Part shown: positions 1 through 9,800 of the stretch, piece by piece | Layout: each line of letters opens with the position of its first letter | How positions within the stretch are numbered: the stretch's first letter is position 1 | From: Sedimentisphaerales bacterium | GTDB lineage: Bacteria; Planctomycetota; Phycisphaerae; Sedimentisphaerales; Anaerobacaceae | Reading direction: 5' to 3' | Length of the DNA: 64,000 bases | Assembly (NCBI GenBank): GCA_963708075.1 | Contig: OY970194.1 | Coordinates: forward strand, 4,000,001 to 4,064,000 | Made by a program: the position numbers and the translations under genes | The notes under the pieces: generated by a model | The model's input: the letters and a program-made list of their open reading frames with translations, nothing else | Database searches by the model: none | Told to the model about the DNA's origin: nothing

Positions 1-20
1 AGCCAGAAGGAGGAGGAGTC

Positions 21-2273
21 ATGTCAGAAGATAGTAAAGTAGTCAGGATGCCAACAAGGGGGAAATGGAATCCCGGCCGCTTCCATTTCATCCATCAATG
101 GGTCCGCGCGACGTTTCTCCTGGCCGCGGTGGCGGCGCCGCAGCTCGGACAGGCCGAACCGGTGCCGCTGCGTTTCAGCACCTTTGCCCCCGACACGAAC
201 GTCACGAACATGAATAATGTGTTGGGTCCGGGATATACCGGCGGCCTGACCATGGACTTCCTGGCCGTGGCGACCTGCGAGGGGACGACGATCGATGCCC
301 GCGTCACCGCCGTCGTGCAGCCGGATACGGCATTTGCGACCGGCGCCACGAACAGGACCGCGTGCGGCTATATTCCGAACTACAAAGCGACGACTGCGGG
401 CCAGCCGAACGGCGATCTCGGTTTCCTCTATGCGGCGGCGGATGGAAATACCCCGGGGATCACCCTGACCATCTCCTTCTTCGATGGCACAGGGGACCGC
501 AGCGGCAAGTTCAGCGAAGCCTATGACGTCCCGGACCTCCGACTGCTCGTCTACGATGTCGACGGCGAACCGGTGCAGATGGAGTGGTTCGACGCTTCCT
601 ATGCCGACGGGTTGTACTCCTACGCGACCGGTACCGCGGCCACCAGTGTGACGGCCACGCCGACCGACACGGGCGTGCACTTCTTCGGCCCGGGGAAAGA
701 CTGCGACGAAACCGATACGTCCGGAGCTGTGGTGCTGCGGTACCGCAACACCAGCCGCATTACACTGGCGTTCGGCGCCGAGCAGTACGAGGATGGCATG
801 AACCCGGTGTTCTCCGCCATCGACGGAGATTTGAGCTTGCCGGTGACGGGCGACTTCCAGGCCCCGACGGTGGCCCCCGCGCCCCGTGCCGTTGCGTCGT
901 CCGCCCCGCGCGCCTATTCAGCGGACAATGCAATCCGCCTGGACAGGCTGGCGCCGGCTGAGGTCCCGCTCAACGTGCCGTTTGACTACACGCTCAAAGT
1001 CACGAACACGGCCGACACTCCCCTGCAGGACGTGGTCGTATTGGAGCGTCTCCCGAAGAATTTCAGCCTGCGGAGTTCCGACCCGGAAACCGAGAAGGCC
1101 GACGGAAACCTCCGCTGGACGGTCGGTTCGCTCGACCCGAAGGCAAGTCGTGAGCTCAAAGTGTCGGGCGTCGCCACGGCGGCGGACAACATCAAACCTT
1201 GTGCCACGGTGACCTTCGTGGTCCCCCCCGTCTGTGCCGACATCACGGTCGTCGAGCCGAAGCTGACGCTCACGACAGTGGCCTCCAAAGAGGTTCTGGT
1301 CTCTGATCCGATCGAACTGCAATTCGTCGTCACGAACCAGGGAACCGGCGCCGCGGAGGGCGTCCAGATCGTGGATACGCTGGCCGCCGGCTTGCGGACC
1401 ATGGAGGGCACGACCGAGTTGGTGCTCAACGTCGGTACCTTGGCGCCGGGGCAATCTCGCCAGTTAGGCGGCTCTTGCAGGGCCGTCAGGACCGGGGAGT
1501 ACGTCACCAAGGTGGTCGCCAGCGCCAATGGCGGCTTAAAGGTCGAGGCAACCACCACGACCATTGTGCGCCAGCCGGTACTGGCGATTACCAAGACCGG
1601 GCCCGCCAGACAATACATCGGTCGGCCGACCACCTATGAGATCACGGTTACGAACACGGGCGATGCTCCTGCGGCCAATACCACTCTGGAGGACACGATC
1701 CCACAAGCAGCGCAGGGAGTCCAAACGTCTCCGGCCGGTGCGGTCTCCGGCTCCAAGGCGGTGTGGCAGTTGGGTACGCTGGCCGTCAATGCATCCAAGA
1801 AGGTCAGCATCACCTATGCCCCGACCGGGGCAGGGTCTCTGGCCCAGGCCGCCACAGCCACCGCGGTTTGCGCGGATACAGTGACCGCTACGGCCGAGAC
1901 CACTGTGTATGGGATTGCCGCTGTGCTGCTGGAGGTGATCGATACGGACGACCCGGTTCAGGTCGGCGGGCAAACCACGTACGTAATCACCGCGACCAAC
2001 CAGGGCTCCAGCCCGAGCACCAATGTGCAAATCACCGTGGCCGTTGAGGATGCCCAGGAGATCGTGGCAGCGAGTGGCCCGACCTCTGTCACAGTAGAAG
2101 GCAATACCGCCAGATCCGCGCCGCTGGCCATCCTTGCGCCAAAAGCCAAGGCAACATGGCAGGTTACCGTCAAGGCCCTCAAAGCAGGTGATGTGCGTTT
2201 CAGGGCCACGATGACCACGGCGGAACTGGGGCGCAACGTGGAAGAGACGGAGGCAACCCAACTCTACGAATAA
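21..2273 (+). CDS. Secreted DUF11-repeat protein resembling chlamydial/planctomycete OmcB, with an extra N-terminal domain
   Basis: GGAGGAG SD just upstream; signal-like segment; repeated Ig-like units (YTLKVTN, FVVTNQG, YEITVTNTGD, YVITATNQG); C-terminal 'LLEVIDTDDPVQVG...GDVRF...EETEATQLYE' typical of OmcB-like proteins. Confidence 0.75.
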   Translation: MSEDSKVVRMPTRGKWNPGRFHFIHQWVRATFLLAAVAAPQLGQAEPVPLRFSTFAPDTNVTNMNNVLGPGYTGGLTMDFLAVATCEGTTIDARVTAVVQPDTAFATGATNRTACGYIPNYKATTAGQPNGDLGFLYAAADGNTPGITLTISFFDGTGDRSGKFSEAYDVPDLRLLVYDVDGEPVQMEWFDASYADGLYSYATGTAATSVTATPTDTGVHFFGPGKDCDETDTSGAVVLRYRNTSRITLAFGAEQYEDGMNPVFSAIDGDLSLPVTGDFQAPTVAPAPRAVASSAPRAYSADNAIRLDRLAPAEVPLNVPFDYTLKVTNTADTPLQDVVVLERLPKNFSLRSSDPETEKADGNLRWTVGSLDPKASRELKVSGVATAADNIKPCATVTFVVPPVCADITVVEPKLTLTTVASKEVLVSDPIELQFVVTNQGTGAAEGVQIVDTLAAGLRTMEGTTELVLNVGTLAPGQSRQLGGSCRAVRTGEYVTKVVASANGGLKVEATTTTIVRQPVLAITKTGPARQYIGRPTTYEITVTNTGDAPAANTTLEDTIPQAAQGVQTSPAGAVSGSKAVWQLGTLAVNASKKVSITYAPTGAGSLAQAATATAVCADTVTATAETTVYGIAAVLLEVIDTDDPVQVGGQTTYVITATNQGSSPSTNVQITVAVEDAQEIVAASGPTSVTVEGNTARSAPLAILAPKAKATWQVTVKALKAGDVRFRATMTTAELGRNVEETEATQLYE

Positions 2274-2406
2274 GCTCGTGAAGGACCTGGACGCCGGGAC
2301 CGAGAACCGTAGACTCGTTCATCGCATCCATCAGGCGGCCCTCCAGTAGGACGTCAAGAGCCCGCTGAGTCGTTCTCTGATTCGTCTGTTTGCTTGTTGT
2401 GCGGCT

Positions 2407-3201
2407 TTACTTCTTCGTCGCAGCGGTCAGCATACCTTTCATGGCGGCAACCTTGACGTGCGTGGGCTGGTCATTGCCCTGGAGCTCTTTGTACAAAGCT
2501 GTTGCCTCGGATTTCTCACCGTCGGCCAGCAACTGCTCGGCACAGATCAGGCGGGCGTCGGCTACCGGCATCTTCATGTTGGCAGGTGCTTTCTTCGCGA
2601 ACTTGCTCAGTTCCCTGGCCGCAGCCGGCGTGCCGATCAGGCCCAGCGATTGGGCCGCGGCCTGGGCGACTTGGATGTCGGAGTCGCCGAGAAGCTTCGA
2701 GATGGCCTCGACGCTCTTCTTGTCGCGGCGTTTGCCCAGCGAACCGATAATGCCCGGCTTGAGCTTGCTGCCGACCTTTGGCAGCGCGCCCCGCATCGCC
2801 TCGGCCGCCTTCTCGTCCGGAATGCGCTCCAGGGCGTAGCGTGCGATATGCGAGGTCCCCTCGGCCGGCAGAAGGGCGGCCAGGGCCTCGACGGACTGGC
2901 TCGTGCCCACGACTCTCAGCTTGCGGCACACATAGTCCTGTGCGGATCGGGAGATGCCGCCGGCAAGTGCGTCCACGAGGCGCTTTTCCAGCGCCCTGCG
3001 TGCAGCGGCATCGCTGTGCGAAGCGATGATCGCCTGATCGATCGGCTTCAAGGTCTCGCGGTCTGCGCCCCAGTCATAAGTCTTAAGCGTATTGAATGCG
3101 TTGTCTACTGCGGCGGAATCCGTCTGGGCAACGGCCTTGGCAGCGGCCATGGTAGTCGCTCCAGCCGCCAGTGTCATTCTTGCAGTTTGCTCACTCGTCA
3201 T
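2407..3201 (-). CDS. HEAT/PBS-lyase repeat protein
   Basis: Helical repeats (ARYALERI, IIGSLGKRRD, AAAQSLGLIG); AAGGAG SD before ATG 3201. Confidence 0.8.
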   Translation of the reverse strand: MTSEQTARMTLAAGATTMAAAKAVAQTDSAAVDNAFNTLKTYDWGADRETLKPIDQAIIASHSDAAARRALEKRLVDALAGGISRSAQDYVCRKLRVVGTSQSVEALAALLPAEGTSHIARYALERIPDEKAAEAMRGALPKVGSKLKPGIIGSLGKRRDKKSVEAISKLLGDSDIQVAQAAAQSLGLIGTPAAARELSKFAKKAPANMKMPVADARLICAEQLLADGEKSEATALYKELQGNDQPTHVKVAAMKGMLTAATKK

Positions 3202-3236
3202 AATCAAGTCTCCTTGGCGCAACTATCGCGTTCTTA

Positions 3237-4341
3237 TTGATCTTTGAATAGTTAAAGTAAATCGCCGTGACGGATCGATATCTTCATGCATGAGAACCCC
3301 AGGAAAACCCGAAGAGCTCGAATGTCACCGGCTTCAGGCCTTCGCGTTGCTCGAAGCCGGTCACGGTCCCAGCGAAGTGGCCCGGAGACTCGGCGTCTCG
3401 CCGGCGGCTGTATCCCGGTGGAAGAAGATTTCTCAGCAGGCGGGACGGGACGGCTTGAAGGCCAAGCCGCATCCCGGCCGCCGGCCCAAGTTGACGGTCC
3501 GGCAACGCCAGAAGCTGGAACGGTTGCTGTTAAAAGGTCCTCTCGCCCACGGATATATGACCGACCTGTGGACGCTGAAGCGGATCGCCGAAGTGATCGA
3601 GAGGCGTTTCGGCGTCCGCTACGACCCTTCCGGGGTCTGGCACGTGCTGCGTGGCATCGGCTGGAGTTGCCAGAAACCCGAAGGCCGGGCGCGCGAACGC
3701 GACGAAGAGGCCATTGCCCGTTGGCGTCAACAAGACTGGCCGCGTATAAAAAAAAGCTCGGCATAGCGGTCGAAACATCGTTTTTCTCGATGAAACCGGC
3801 TTTATGCTCCAGCCGGTGGTCCGCCGGACCTGGGGTCCCCATGGGGATACGCCGCTCCTGTACCGTTGGGAGCGTCACGACCGCCTCTCCGGAATGTCGG
3901 TGGTCACGGTCTCGCCGCAGCGTCGGCATCTGGACCTGTACTTCGCGCTCCAAGAGCACAACATCCGTACTCCCGACATTGAGACCCTCGTGGCGGAACT
4001 TCTTGAACATTTTCCCCACGGGATCATCCTGGTCCTGGATCGTTGGCCCGTTCATCTGTCCGCCGTGGAGCAACTCCGGCGTCGGTTCCCTCGTCGAGTA
4101 CAAATCGAATGGCTGCCGTCCTACGCCCCGCAACTCAATCCTGATGAACAGGTCTGGACGCGGACGAAGTACATGGACTTGGCCAACTTCTGCCCGGAGA
4201 ATCTCACTGACCTCACGCAGGCGGTGCGACATTCGCTGGAGCAGACAAAAACTCACCAGTCTCTCTTGCGTTCGTTCTTCAAGCATGCTGGGCTTAGACT
4301 GTGACATCGTGTCACTTTTACTTTAACTATTCAAAGATCAA
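3237..4341 (+). mobile_element. IS630-family insertion sequence (~1.1 kb)
   Basis: Perfect 25-bp terminal inverted repeats TTGATCTTTGAATAGTTAAAGTAAA (3237-3261 / 4317-4341) flanked by duplicated TA (3235-3236, 4342-4343). Confidence 0.93.
3290..4304 (+). CDS. IS630 transposase in two frames (HTH ORF 3290-3766, then DDE domain), joined at the A8 run 3748-3755
   Basis: HTH 'SEVARRLGVSPAAVSRW' and 'WTLKRI...GWSCQKP'; DDE motifs 'VFLDETGF', 'LVLDRWPVH', 'LPSYAPQLNPDE'. Confidence 0.9.
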
Positions 4342-5585
4342 TAGATCACCCAGGGCTCTCTTCTTGCAACATCGACAAGGCGGTTGGCTTCGTCGTCGTT
4401 AATGAACTGCTGTTTCACCGTGTCCCATTTCAGCGACCGTTCCAGTTCATAGGCAATAAGGAACAGGTGGCACACGGTTGCGGTGTGGACCGCGTATTCG
4501 ATGTCACGGAAAGGCCTTTTGCGTGTCTTGACGCAGTCGATGAAGTCACCGTAGATGCCGCCGCTTCCGGCGTAACCCGGAACCGGCTTCGAGGGGCCCT
4601 GTTCATTCGTGCCCTCCACGTCAAGATTGCCTCGGCCCGGATGATTGTGGTGAAGAAGCTTGCCGTTCGGATAGCGGCAGGTCGCAAACTTCTTGCCATC
4701 TTCGTTATGGAAGATGACTTCCTCGGGTTCCAGCTCCCGGACATCGATAGCGAACGTCGCGCCGCCGAAATGATGGGCGCCCCAGTCGGTCATGCCGCCG
4801 CCGGAGTAATCCTTGAACGACCGCCAGCTTGTCCCGTCGATGTTGTAGCTGCCGCTGCACCGATGGGGATGGTACGGCGCCCATGGGGCGGGACCCAGCC
4901 ACATGTCCCAGTCGAAGCCGTCGGGGACCGGCTCCCCTTTCTTGTTGCAGTCCGTCGGCAACGGACCCACGTTCACGTTGATCGACTTGACGATGCCTTT
5001 GCTTCCATTCCAGCAGGCGTCGACGATGCCCCGGTAATCTTCCAGCACGCGCTGGCTGCCGCCGGATACTACCCGACTGTAACGCCGGGCTGCGTTGATC
5101 ATCAGCTTGCCTTCGCGGAGCGTCTTGGTCTCGGGCTTCTGGCAGTAGATGTCCTTTCCGTTGCGGCAGGCCTCGATCACGACGATCGCGTGCCAGTGAT
5201 CCGGTGTGGCGCAATGCACGGCGTCGATATCATTGCGTGCCAGAACCTCGCGGAAGTCGCTATACGCTTTGCAGTCCTTGTTGCCGTACTTCTCATTCAC
5301 ATGGTTCATTCTGCCATCGCGAACATCCCTCTTTACGTCGCACACGGCAACGTACTGGACATCGCCCCGACCCAGGAATGAGTCCAGATCGCCCCCGCCC
5401 ATGTTCCCGAGGCCAACGCCGGCCATCACGATCCGGTTGCTTGGCGCGGTGTTGCCGTCGTTGCCCATCGCGGACGCCGGGATCAAGTACGGCAGTGCCA
5501 CCGTTGCCGCGGTTGCTTTCAGAAATGCTCTTCGACCATAAGACGTGCCCTGGTCCTTCGCTGGTTTGCTCTTCTGGTTTGTCAC
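4338..5585 (-). CDS. Tat-exported Gfo/Idh/MocA oxidoreductase
   Basis: GRRAFLK Tat motif; GVGLGNMG; 'ATPDHWH', 'YCQKP', 'WDMWLGPAP'; GTG start inferred from SD. Confidence 0.88.
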   Translation of the reverse strand: MTNQKSKPAKDQGTSYGRRAFLKATAATVALPYLIPASAMGNDGNTAPSNRIVMAGVGLGNMGGGDLDSFLGRGDVQYVAVCDVKRDVRDGRMNHVNEKYGNKDCKAYSDFREVLARNDIDAVHCATPDHWHAIVVIEACRNGKDIYCQKPETKTLREGKLMINAARRYSRVVSGGSQRVLEDYRGIVDACWNGSKGIVKSINVNVGPLPTDCNKKGEPVPDGFDWDMWLGPAPWAPYHPHRCSGSYNIDGTSWRSFKDYSGGGMTDWGAHHFGGATFAIDVRELEPEEVIFHNEDGKKFATCRYPNGKLLHHNHPGRGNLDVEGTNEQGPSKPVPGYAGSGGIYGDFIDCVKTRKRPFRDIEYAVHTATVCHLFLIAYELERSLKWDTVKQQFINDDEANRLVDVARREPWVIY

Positions 5586-5715
5586 GTGTTGATCCTTTCC
5601 TGGGGTCAGTGTGGATAATTGCTTTGAGTCATACCGATTCTGAATCTCACGTGCCTGATCCGACATTCCCATCTATACAGTCACAAAACACAACGGTCTC
5701 CATACGCCGCCAACA

Positions 5716-5744
5716 ATCCTACGAGATACACCGCGGACTATCAA
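5716..5744 (-). promoter_or_regulatory. Putative sigma70-type promoter of the minus-strand oxidoreductase
   Basis: TTGATA-17-TAGGAT on the minus strand. Confidence 0.5.
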
Positions 5745-5802
5745 GAAATATGACGTTCAAAACGACTCGTTGAGAACTCGTAGAAGATAGCAGTTTTTCC
5801 CC

Positions 5803-5831
5803 TTGATCTGTATGTCACCCAGGGGTATAAG
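5803..5831 (+). promoter_or_regulatory. Putative sigma70-type promoter (possibly leaderless)
   Basis: TTGATC-17-TATAAG; ATG 5839 follows after 7 nt. Confidence 0.5.
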
Positions 5832-5838
5832 CATTCCT

Positions 5839-7164
5839 ATGGAAAACTCAAAATCTCTATCAGCTATCGGTTCGTCACGACGACAATTCCTCAAGACCTC
5901 CAGCGCCGCCGCCATTGGCAGTGCTCTCGCAAGCCCCTTGGCCTTCACTCAGAAAGCCTCCGCGGCACGCTCTCCGGGCGAGACCCTCAAAGTCGGGCTC
6001 GTCGGCTGCGGGGGACGCGGTTCCGGCGCTGCCGCGCAAGCCCTGTCAACCGGTGAAGGCGTGGTCCTGACCGCCATGGCCGACGTCTTTGCGGATCAGG
6101 TGCAGAGTAGTCGCAAGAGCCTCGCGGGCAACGAGCAATTCGGGCAACGTGTCAAGGTCCCCGACAGTGCATGCTTCGTGGGCCTGGACGGTTACCAGAA
6201 AGTGATCGATAGTGGCGTGGATGTAGTTCTCCTGGCCACACCCCCGGGCTTCCGGCCGCAGCATCTGCGAGCCGCCGTCGAGGCCGGCAAACATATCTTC
6301 TGCGAGAAACCCGTGGCCACCGACGCCCCGGGCGTGCGTTCCGTCCTCGAGTCCGCCGCCAAGGCCAAGGAGAAGAACCTGGCTCTGGTGTCCGGCTACT
6401 GTTGGCGGTATCACCCGGCGCGTCGCGCCTTTTACCAGCGGATCCACCAGGGCGCCATCGGCTCCATCCGTGCCGTCTATGCCACGTATCTGACCGGACC
6501 GGTGAAGCCCATGCCCCCGGCCGGCAGTCGCCCCGCCGGTATGAGTGACGTGGAATGGCAACTCCGCAACTGGTACAACTTCGCCTGGTTGTCCGGGGAT
6601 GGACTGGTGGAACAAGCCTGTCACAGCATCGACAAGATCGCCTGGGCGATGAATGGGGTCCTGCCTCTCAAGGCGGTGGCGACCGGCGGTCGCCAATTCC
6701 CCAATCACGAGGGCAATATCTTCGACCACATCGATGTCTTCTACGAATTCCCGGACGGCGTTCGCGCGTTCATGGCCCAACGCCAGATCAGCAATTGCTA
6801 CAGTGACAACTCGGACTACCTCATGGGCAGCGAGGGTGTGGGCACCATCAAGGGCTGGAACGATCCCGTCATCGCCAGCAAAGAGTCCTGGCGCTACAAC
6901 GGTCCCAAAGCCGACATGTACCAGGTCGAGCACGACGAATTATTCGCCTCCATCCGCAAGGGCCAACCCATCAATGACGGCGTCTGGATGGCTCACAGCA
7001 CACTCATGGCCCTCATGGGACGCATGGCCGCCTACACCGGCAAAGAGGTCTCCTGGACCGAAGCCCTGAATTCCGAGGAGAAACTCGTGCCCGACAACCT
7101 GACCTGGGACATGAAGTTGCCCATCAAGCCCATGGCCATGCCGGGACAAACAAAGTTTGTCTGA
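5839..7164 (+). CDS. Tat-exported Gfo/Idh/MocA oxidoreductase
   Basis: SRRQFLK; GLVGCGGRG; 'ATPPGFRP', 'FCEKP', 'QLRNWYNF.WLSGD.LVEQACH'. Confidence 0.9.
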   Translation: MENSKSLSAIGSSRRQFLKTSSAAAIGSALASPLAFTQKASAARSPGETLKVGLVGCGGRGSGAAAQALSTGEGVVLTAMADVFADQVQSSRKSLAGNEQFGQRVKVPDSACFVGLDGYQKVIDSGVDVVLLATPPGFRPQHLRAAVEAGKHIFCEKPVATDAPGVRSVLESAAKAKEKNLALVSGYCWRYHPARRAFYQRIHQGAIGSIRAVYATYLTGPVKPMPPAGSRPAGMSDVEWQLRNWYNFAWLSGDGLVEQACHSIDKIAWAMNGVLPLKAVATGGRQFPNHEGNIFDHIDVFYEFPDGVRAFMAQRQISNCYSDNSDYLMGSEGVGTIKGWNDPVIASKESWRYNGPKADMYQVEHDELFASIRKGQPINDGVWMAHSTLMALMGRMAAYTGKEVSWTEALNSEEKLVPDNLTWDMKLPIKPMAMPGQTKFV

Positions 7165-7220
7165 TGATTCTGCGGTCCGGTCCTTCTCAGCGTCTCCGCG
7201 TCTCTGCGTGAGAACCGTCT

Positions 7221-7315
7221 TATTGGTCATTGAGCTGATAAAGAAAATGGCTCACATCACAGGTCGGAGCATTGAGTCTGGCCGCTCACGGCCATTTGCT
7301 TTAACTATTCAAAGA
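7221..7315. mobile_element. MITE-like remnant related to the IS630 ends
   Basis: 7221-7248 matches the left IS end at 21/28; 7295-7315 matches the right IR at 20/21. Confidence 0.55.
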
Positions 7316-7342
7316 GCGACGGGACAACCGCCCTGCCACCCA

Positions 7343-8215
7343 CTACCGCCGCACCCGTGACGGGGCCTTTCGCGAAGCTCGTCTTGCCACGCGCGTTGCT
7401 TTTCGCGTCGTCTTCTTGCGTCCTTCGCGAGCCGGCGCCCTGGTTCGCACCCTGGCATTCCCACGCCTCCCCCCTGCCTTGCCCTTCTGCCTGGCCTGTT
7501 CCCGCCGCCAGTCGGCGTGGACCTCCCGTCGCCTCTCGGGCGGCCACTCCTCGGGAAAGTTCAGCCGGGCAAACTCGCCGAACATCTCAGCCGCCCCCCG
7601 ATCATACGCCCGCGCCGCCGCCTCCTCGGTGTCGAACAGGCCAAGATAAATAGACTTCCCGGCAAAGCTGATAGTCACCTGCCATCGATGATTCCTCTTG
7701 TTGTAATAGACGCCTTTGTAGATGGAGGTGGTGCCGAAGGGCTTTCCGTTGTTATGCACGTTCTGCTGTTGCGTGATGTTCCGCAAATTGGCCCGGGTAT
7801 CGTCAAGCTTGTTGCCATTGATATGGTCCACGATCTTGCCCTTCGGTGGCTTCATGATCTCGCGGTGCATGAAGATCACCTTGGATTTCCCATCGTGCTT
7901 CTCACATCGCGCGGCGTACCCGCCGCGCGCTCGCCACCGCCACTGACTAAGCCACTCGTAGTCCGCGGCGTCCACATAGGCATACAGGCCCTCACCCAGC
8001 GGGATCGTCTTGACGCCGTCGCCCTGCGGCACAGGCGGCCGGGCCCGGTAGTTCCGGCAGACCGTGCCGCACGGACACTCTTTCATCCGCCCGTACGAGT
8101 CCGGCTGGTTCCCGCACGTCGGCCCCGCCGGCCACCCCGACCCCAGGCTGCGCATCCACAGACACCGGTCCCGGTGAGCATAAACACACGTGTGACAAGT
8201 CGCTTGCCTCGCCAT
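7343..8215 (-). CDS. HNH endonuclease-AP2 domain protein with Cys-rich N-terminus
   Basis: 'MHREIM...VDHINGNKLDDTRANLR' HNH; 'YKGV...WQVTI...LGLFDTEEAAARAYD..A..MFGEFARLNFP' AP2; GGGAGA SD. Confidence 0.88.
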   Translation of the reverse strand: MARQATCHTCVYAHRDRCLWMRSLGSGWPAGPTCGNQPDSYGRMKECPCGTVCRNYRARPPVPQGDGVKTIPLGEGLYAYVDAADYEWLSQWRWRARGGYAARCEKHDGKSKVIFMHREIMKPPKGKIVDHINGNKLDDTRANLRNITQQQNVHNNGKPFGTTSIYKGVYYNKRNHRWQVTISFAGKSIYLGLFDTEEAAARAYDRGAAEMFGEFARLNFPEEWPPERRREVHADWRREQARQKGKAGGRRGNARVRTRAPAREGRKKTTRKATRVARRASRKAPSRVRR

Positions 8216-8338
8216 GATGTCTCCCATCCACTAAGTTTGATGTGTGAATTTTGATTTTTGATTTTGAATGCCCCGCCACATCTCAAATCAAACATCAACC
8301 ATCAAGAACCAAACGTGATCCTACCCGCACTATGGTCA

Positions 8339-8420
8339 TTTGTACATATAATTGTTCAAAAATCATCAAATCTTTGTGCGCATACCGTAACGCCTGTGTG
8401 GCACAGAGGTTAGGATTTCC
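8339..8420. repeat. Conserved non-coding block upstream of HNH-AP2, copy 1
   Basis: Near-identical to 11222-11303. Confidence 0.85.
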
Positions 8421-8694
8421 GAACCCGGCAATGTCTATACCTTTCCGGCCTGGAAGCAAGCGATCCCGCCCTGTTCCTCGGGCAGGCGAGCTGGCCGCCA
8501 AAGCTCAACTCAAGGGCTGGCCCTGGCCTTCCCGCCCTTCTGCCCAATAGTTAATAGTTGATTCTGCTGAACAACTCCTATTTCGGGCCTCTGTACCCTT
8601 ACTTTTGGCATAGCAAACACGGGGGTCACAGCGGAATCAATAATTGAGAACCCGCCCCCCTTCCTCCCGCCCAGGCGGAAGAGCCGGCGGAGGG

Positions 8695-8723
8695 TTGACC
8701 GAAGCGGGCGGACCGCGTACGAT
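8695..8723 (+). promoter_or_regulatory. Putative sigma70-type promoter of hflKC (possibly leaderless)
   Basis: TTGACC-17-TACGAT; ATG 8730 follows after 6 nt; no SD. Confidence 0.6.
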
Positions 8724-8729
8724 GGCGTT

Positions 8730-9800
8730 ATGAGATATTCTGACAATCCGAACAGTATCGACATTTACGCGACGCTTGCCACGCTGCGCCGCTGGTTGCC
8801 GATCATCGTGGTCGGCGTCATCGTGCTGGTGGTTGCCATCGGGGCGTTGACCGTGGTCTACACCGTGCAGCCGGAAGAACGGGCGGTGGTCAAACGCTTC
8901 GGGGCGGTGATCAAGACCACGAATCCCGGCCTCCACTTCAAGCTGCCTTTCGGGATCGACGACGTTGAACGCGTCGCCACCGAGCGGGTACTCAAGGAGG
9001 AATTCGGCTTCCGGACGGCCGAGGCGGGCGAGCGCACGCGGTACGTCAAAAGCGACTTCCCCGATGAATCGCTGATGCTGTCCGGGGACCTCAATATCAT
9101 TGACGTCGAGTGGGTGGTGCAATATCGCATCGGCGACCCGATCAAGTTCATTTACAGCATGCGCGAGCCCACGCGGACCCTCCGCGATATCTCGGAATCG
9201 ATCATGCGGCGGGTCGTCGGCAACCATCTGGGCAGCGACGTCCTGACGACGGCGCGGGTGAAGATCGCCAACACCACGCGCGAGGAGATCCAGACGGCCA
9301 TGGAGCTGTACCAGACGGGCATCCACATCATAACCGTGGAATTGCAGAATGTGGTGCCGCCCACCGCCGTCCAGCCGGCCTTCAACGCGGTGAACGAGGC
9401 GCGGCAGGAGGAGGAGCGCATGATCAACGAGGCGACCAAACAGGCCAACGAGGTGATTCCCCGGGCCCAGGGCGAAGCCAATCGCACCATCGCCGAGGCG
9501 CAAGGGTACGCCGCCGAGCGGACCAACCAGGCATTGGGCGAGGCCGCACGGTTCCGCTCGATCCTCGCCGAGTATCAGGCGGCGCCGGACGTGACGCGCC
9601 GGCGCATGTATCTGGAGACCCTGTCCGAAATCCTGCCCCAGATCGGATCGGTGCTGGTGATCCAGGAAGGGCAGAGTATGCCCGTGCCTCTGCTGCACCT
9701 GCGCGAGGCGCAGACGTCGTCGCAGGAGGCGCAAATGCCGAAGCCAGAGACACAAACGCCAAAGCGCGAGGCGCAAACGCCGAAGGAGGCGGGCCGATGA
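8730..9800 (+). CDS. hflK: FtsH protease modulator HflK
   Basis: TM helix plus SPFH domain; 'MLSGDLNIIDVEWVVQYRI', 'IPRAQGEA', 'APDVTRRRMYLET'. Confidence 0.93.
   Translation: MRYSDNPNSIDIYATLATLRRWLPIIVVGVIVLVVAIGALTVVYTVQPEERAVVKRFGAVIKTTNPGLHFKLPFGIDDVERVATERVLKEEFGFRTAEAGERTRYVKSDFPDESLMLSGDLNIIDVEWVVQYRIGDPIKFIYSMREPTRTLRDISESIMRRVVGNHLGSDVLTTARVKIANTTREEIQTAMELYQTGIHIITVELQNVVPPTAVQPAFNAVNEARQEEERMINEATKQANEVIPRAQGEANRTIAEAQGYAAERTNQALGEAARFRSILAEYQAAPDVTRRRMYLETLSEILPQIGSVLVIQEGQSMPVPLLHLREAQTSSQEAQMPKPETQTPKREAQTPKEAGR

Noticed and set aside
3252..4326. Long alternative ORFs 3252-4307(-) and 3286-4326(+)
   Set aside because: Shadow frames of the transposase with no recognisable motifs
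9110..9796. N-terminal extension of the 561-aa ORF
   Set aside because: Overlaps hflK out of frame; HflC starts at 9797 after GGAGG
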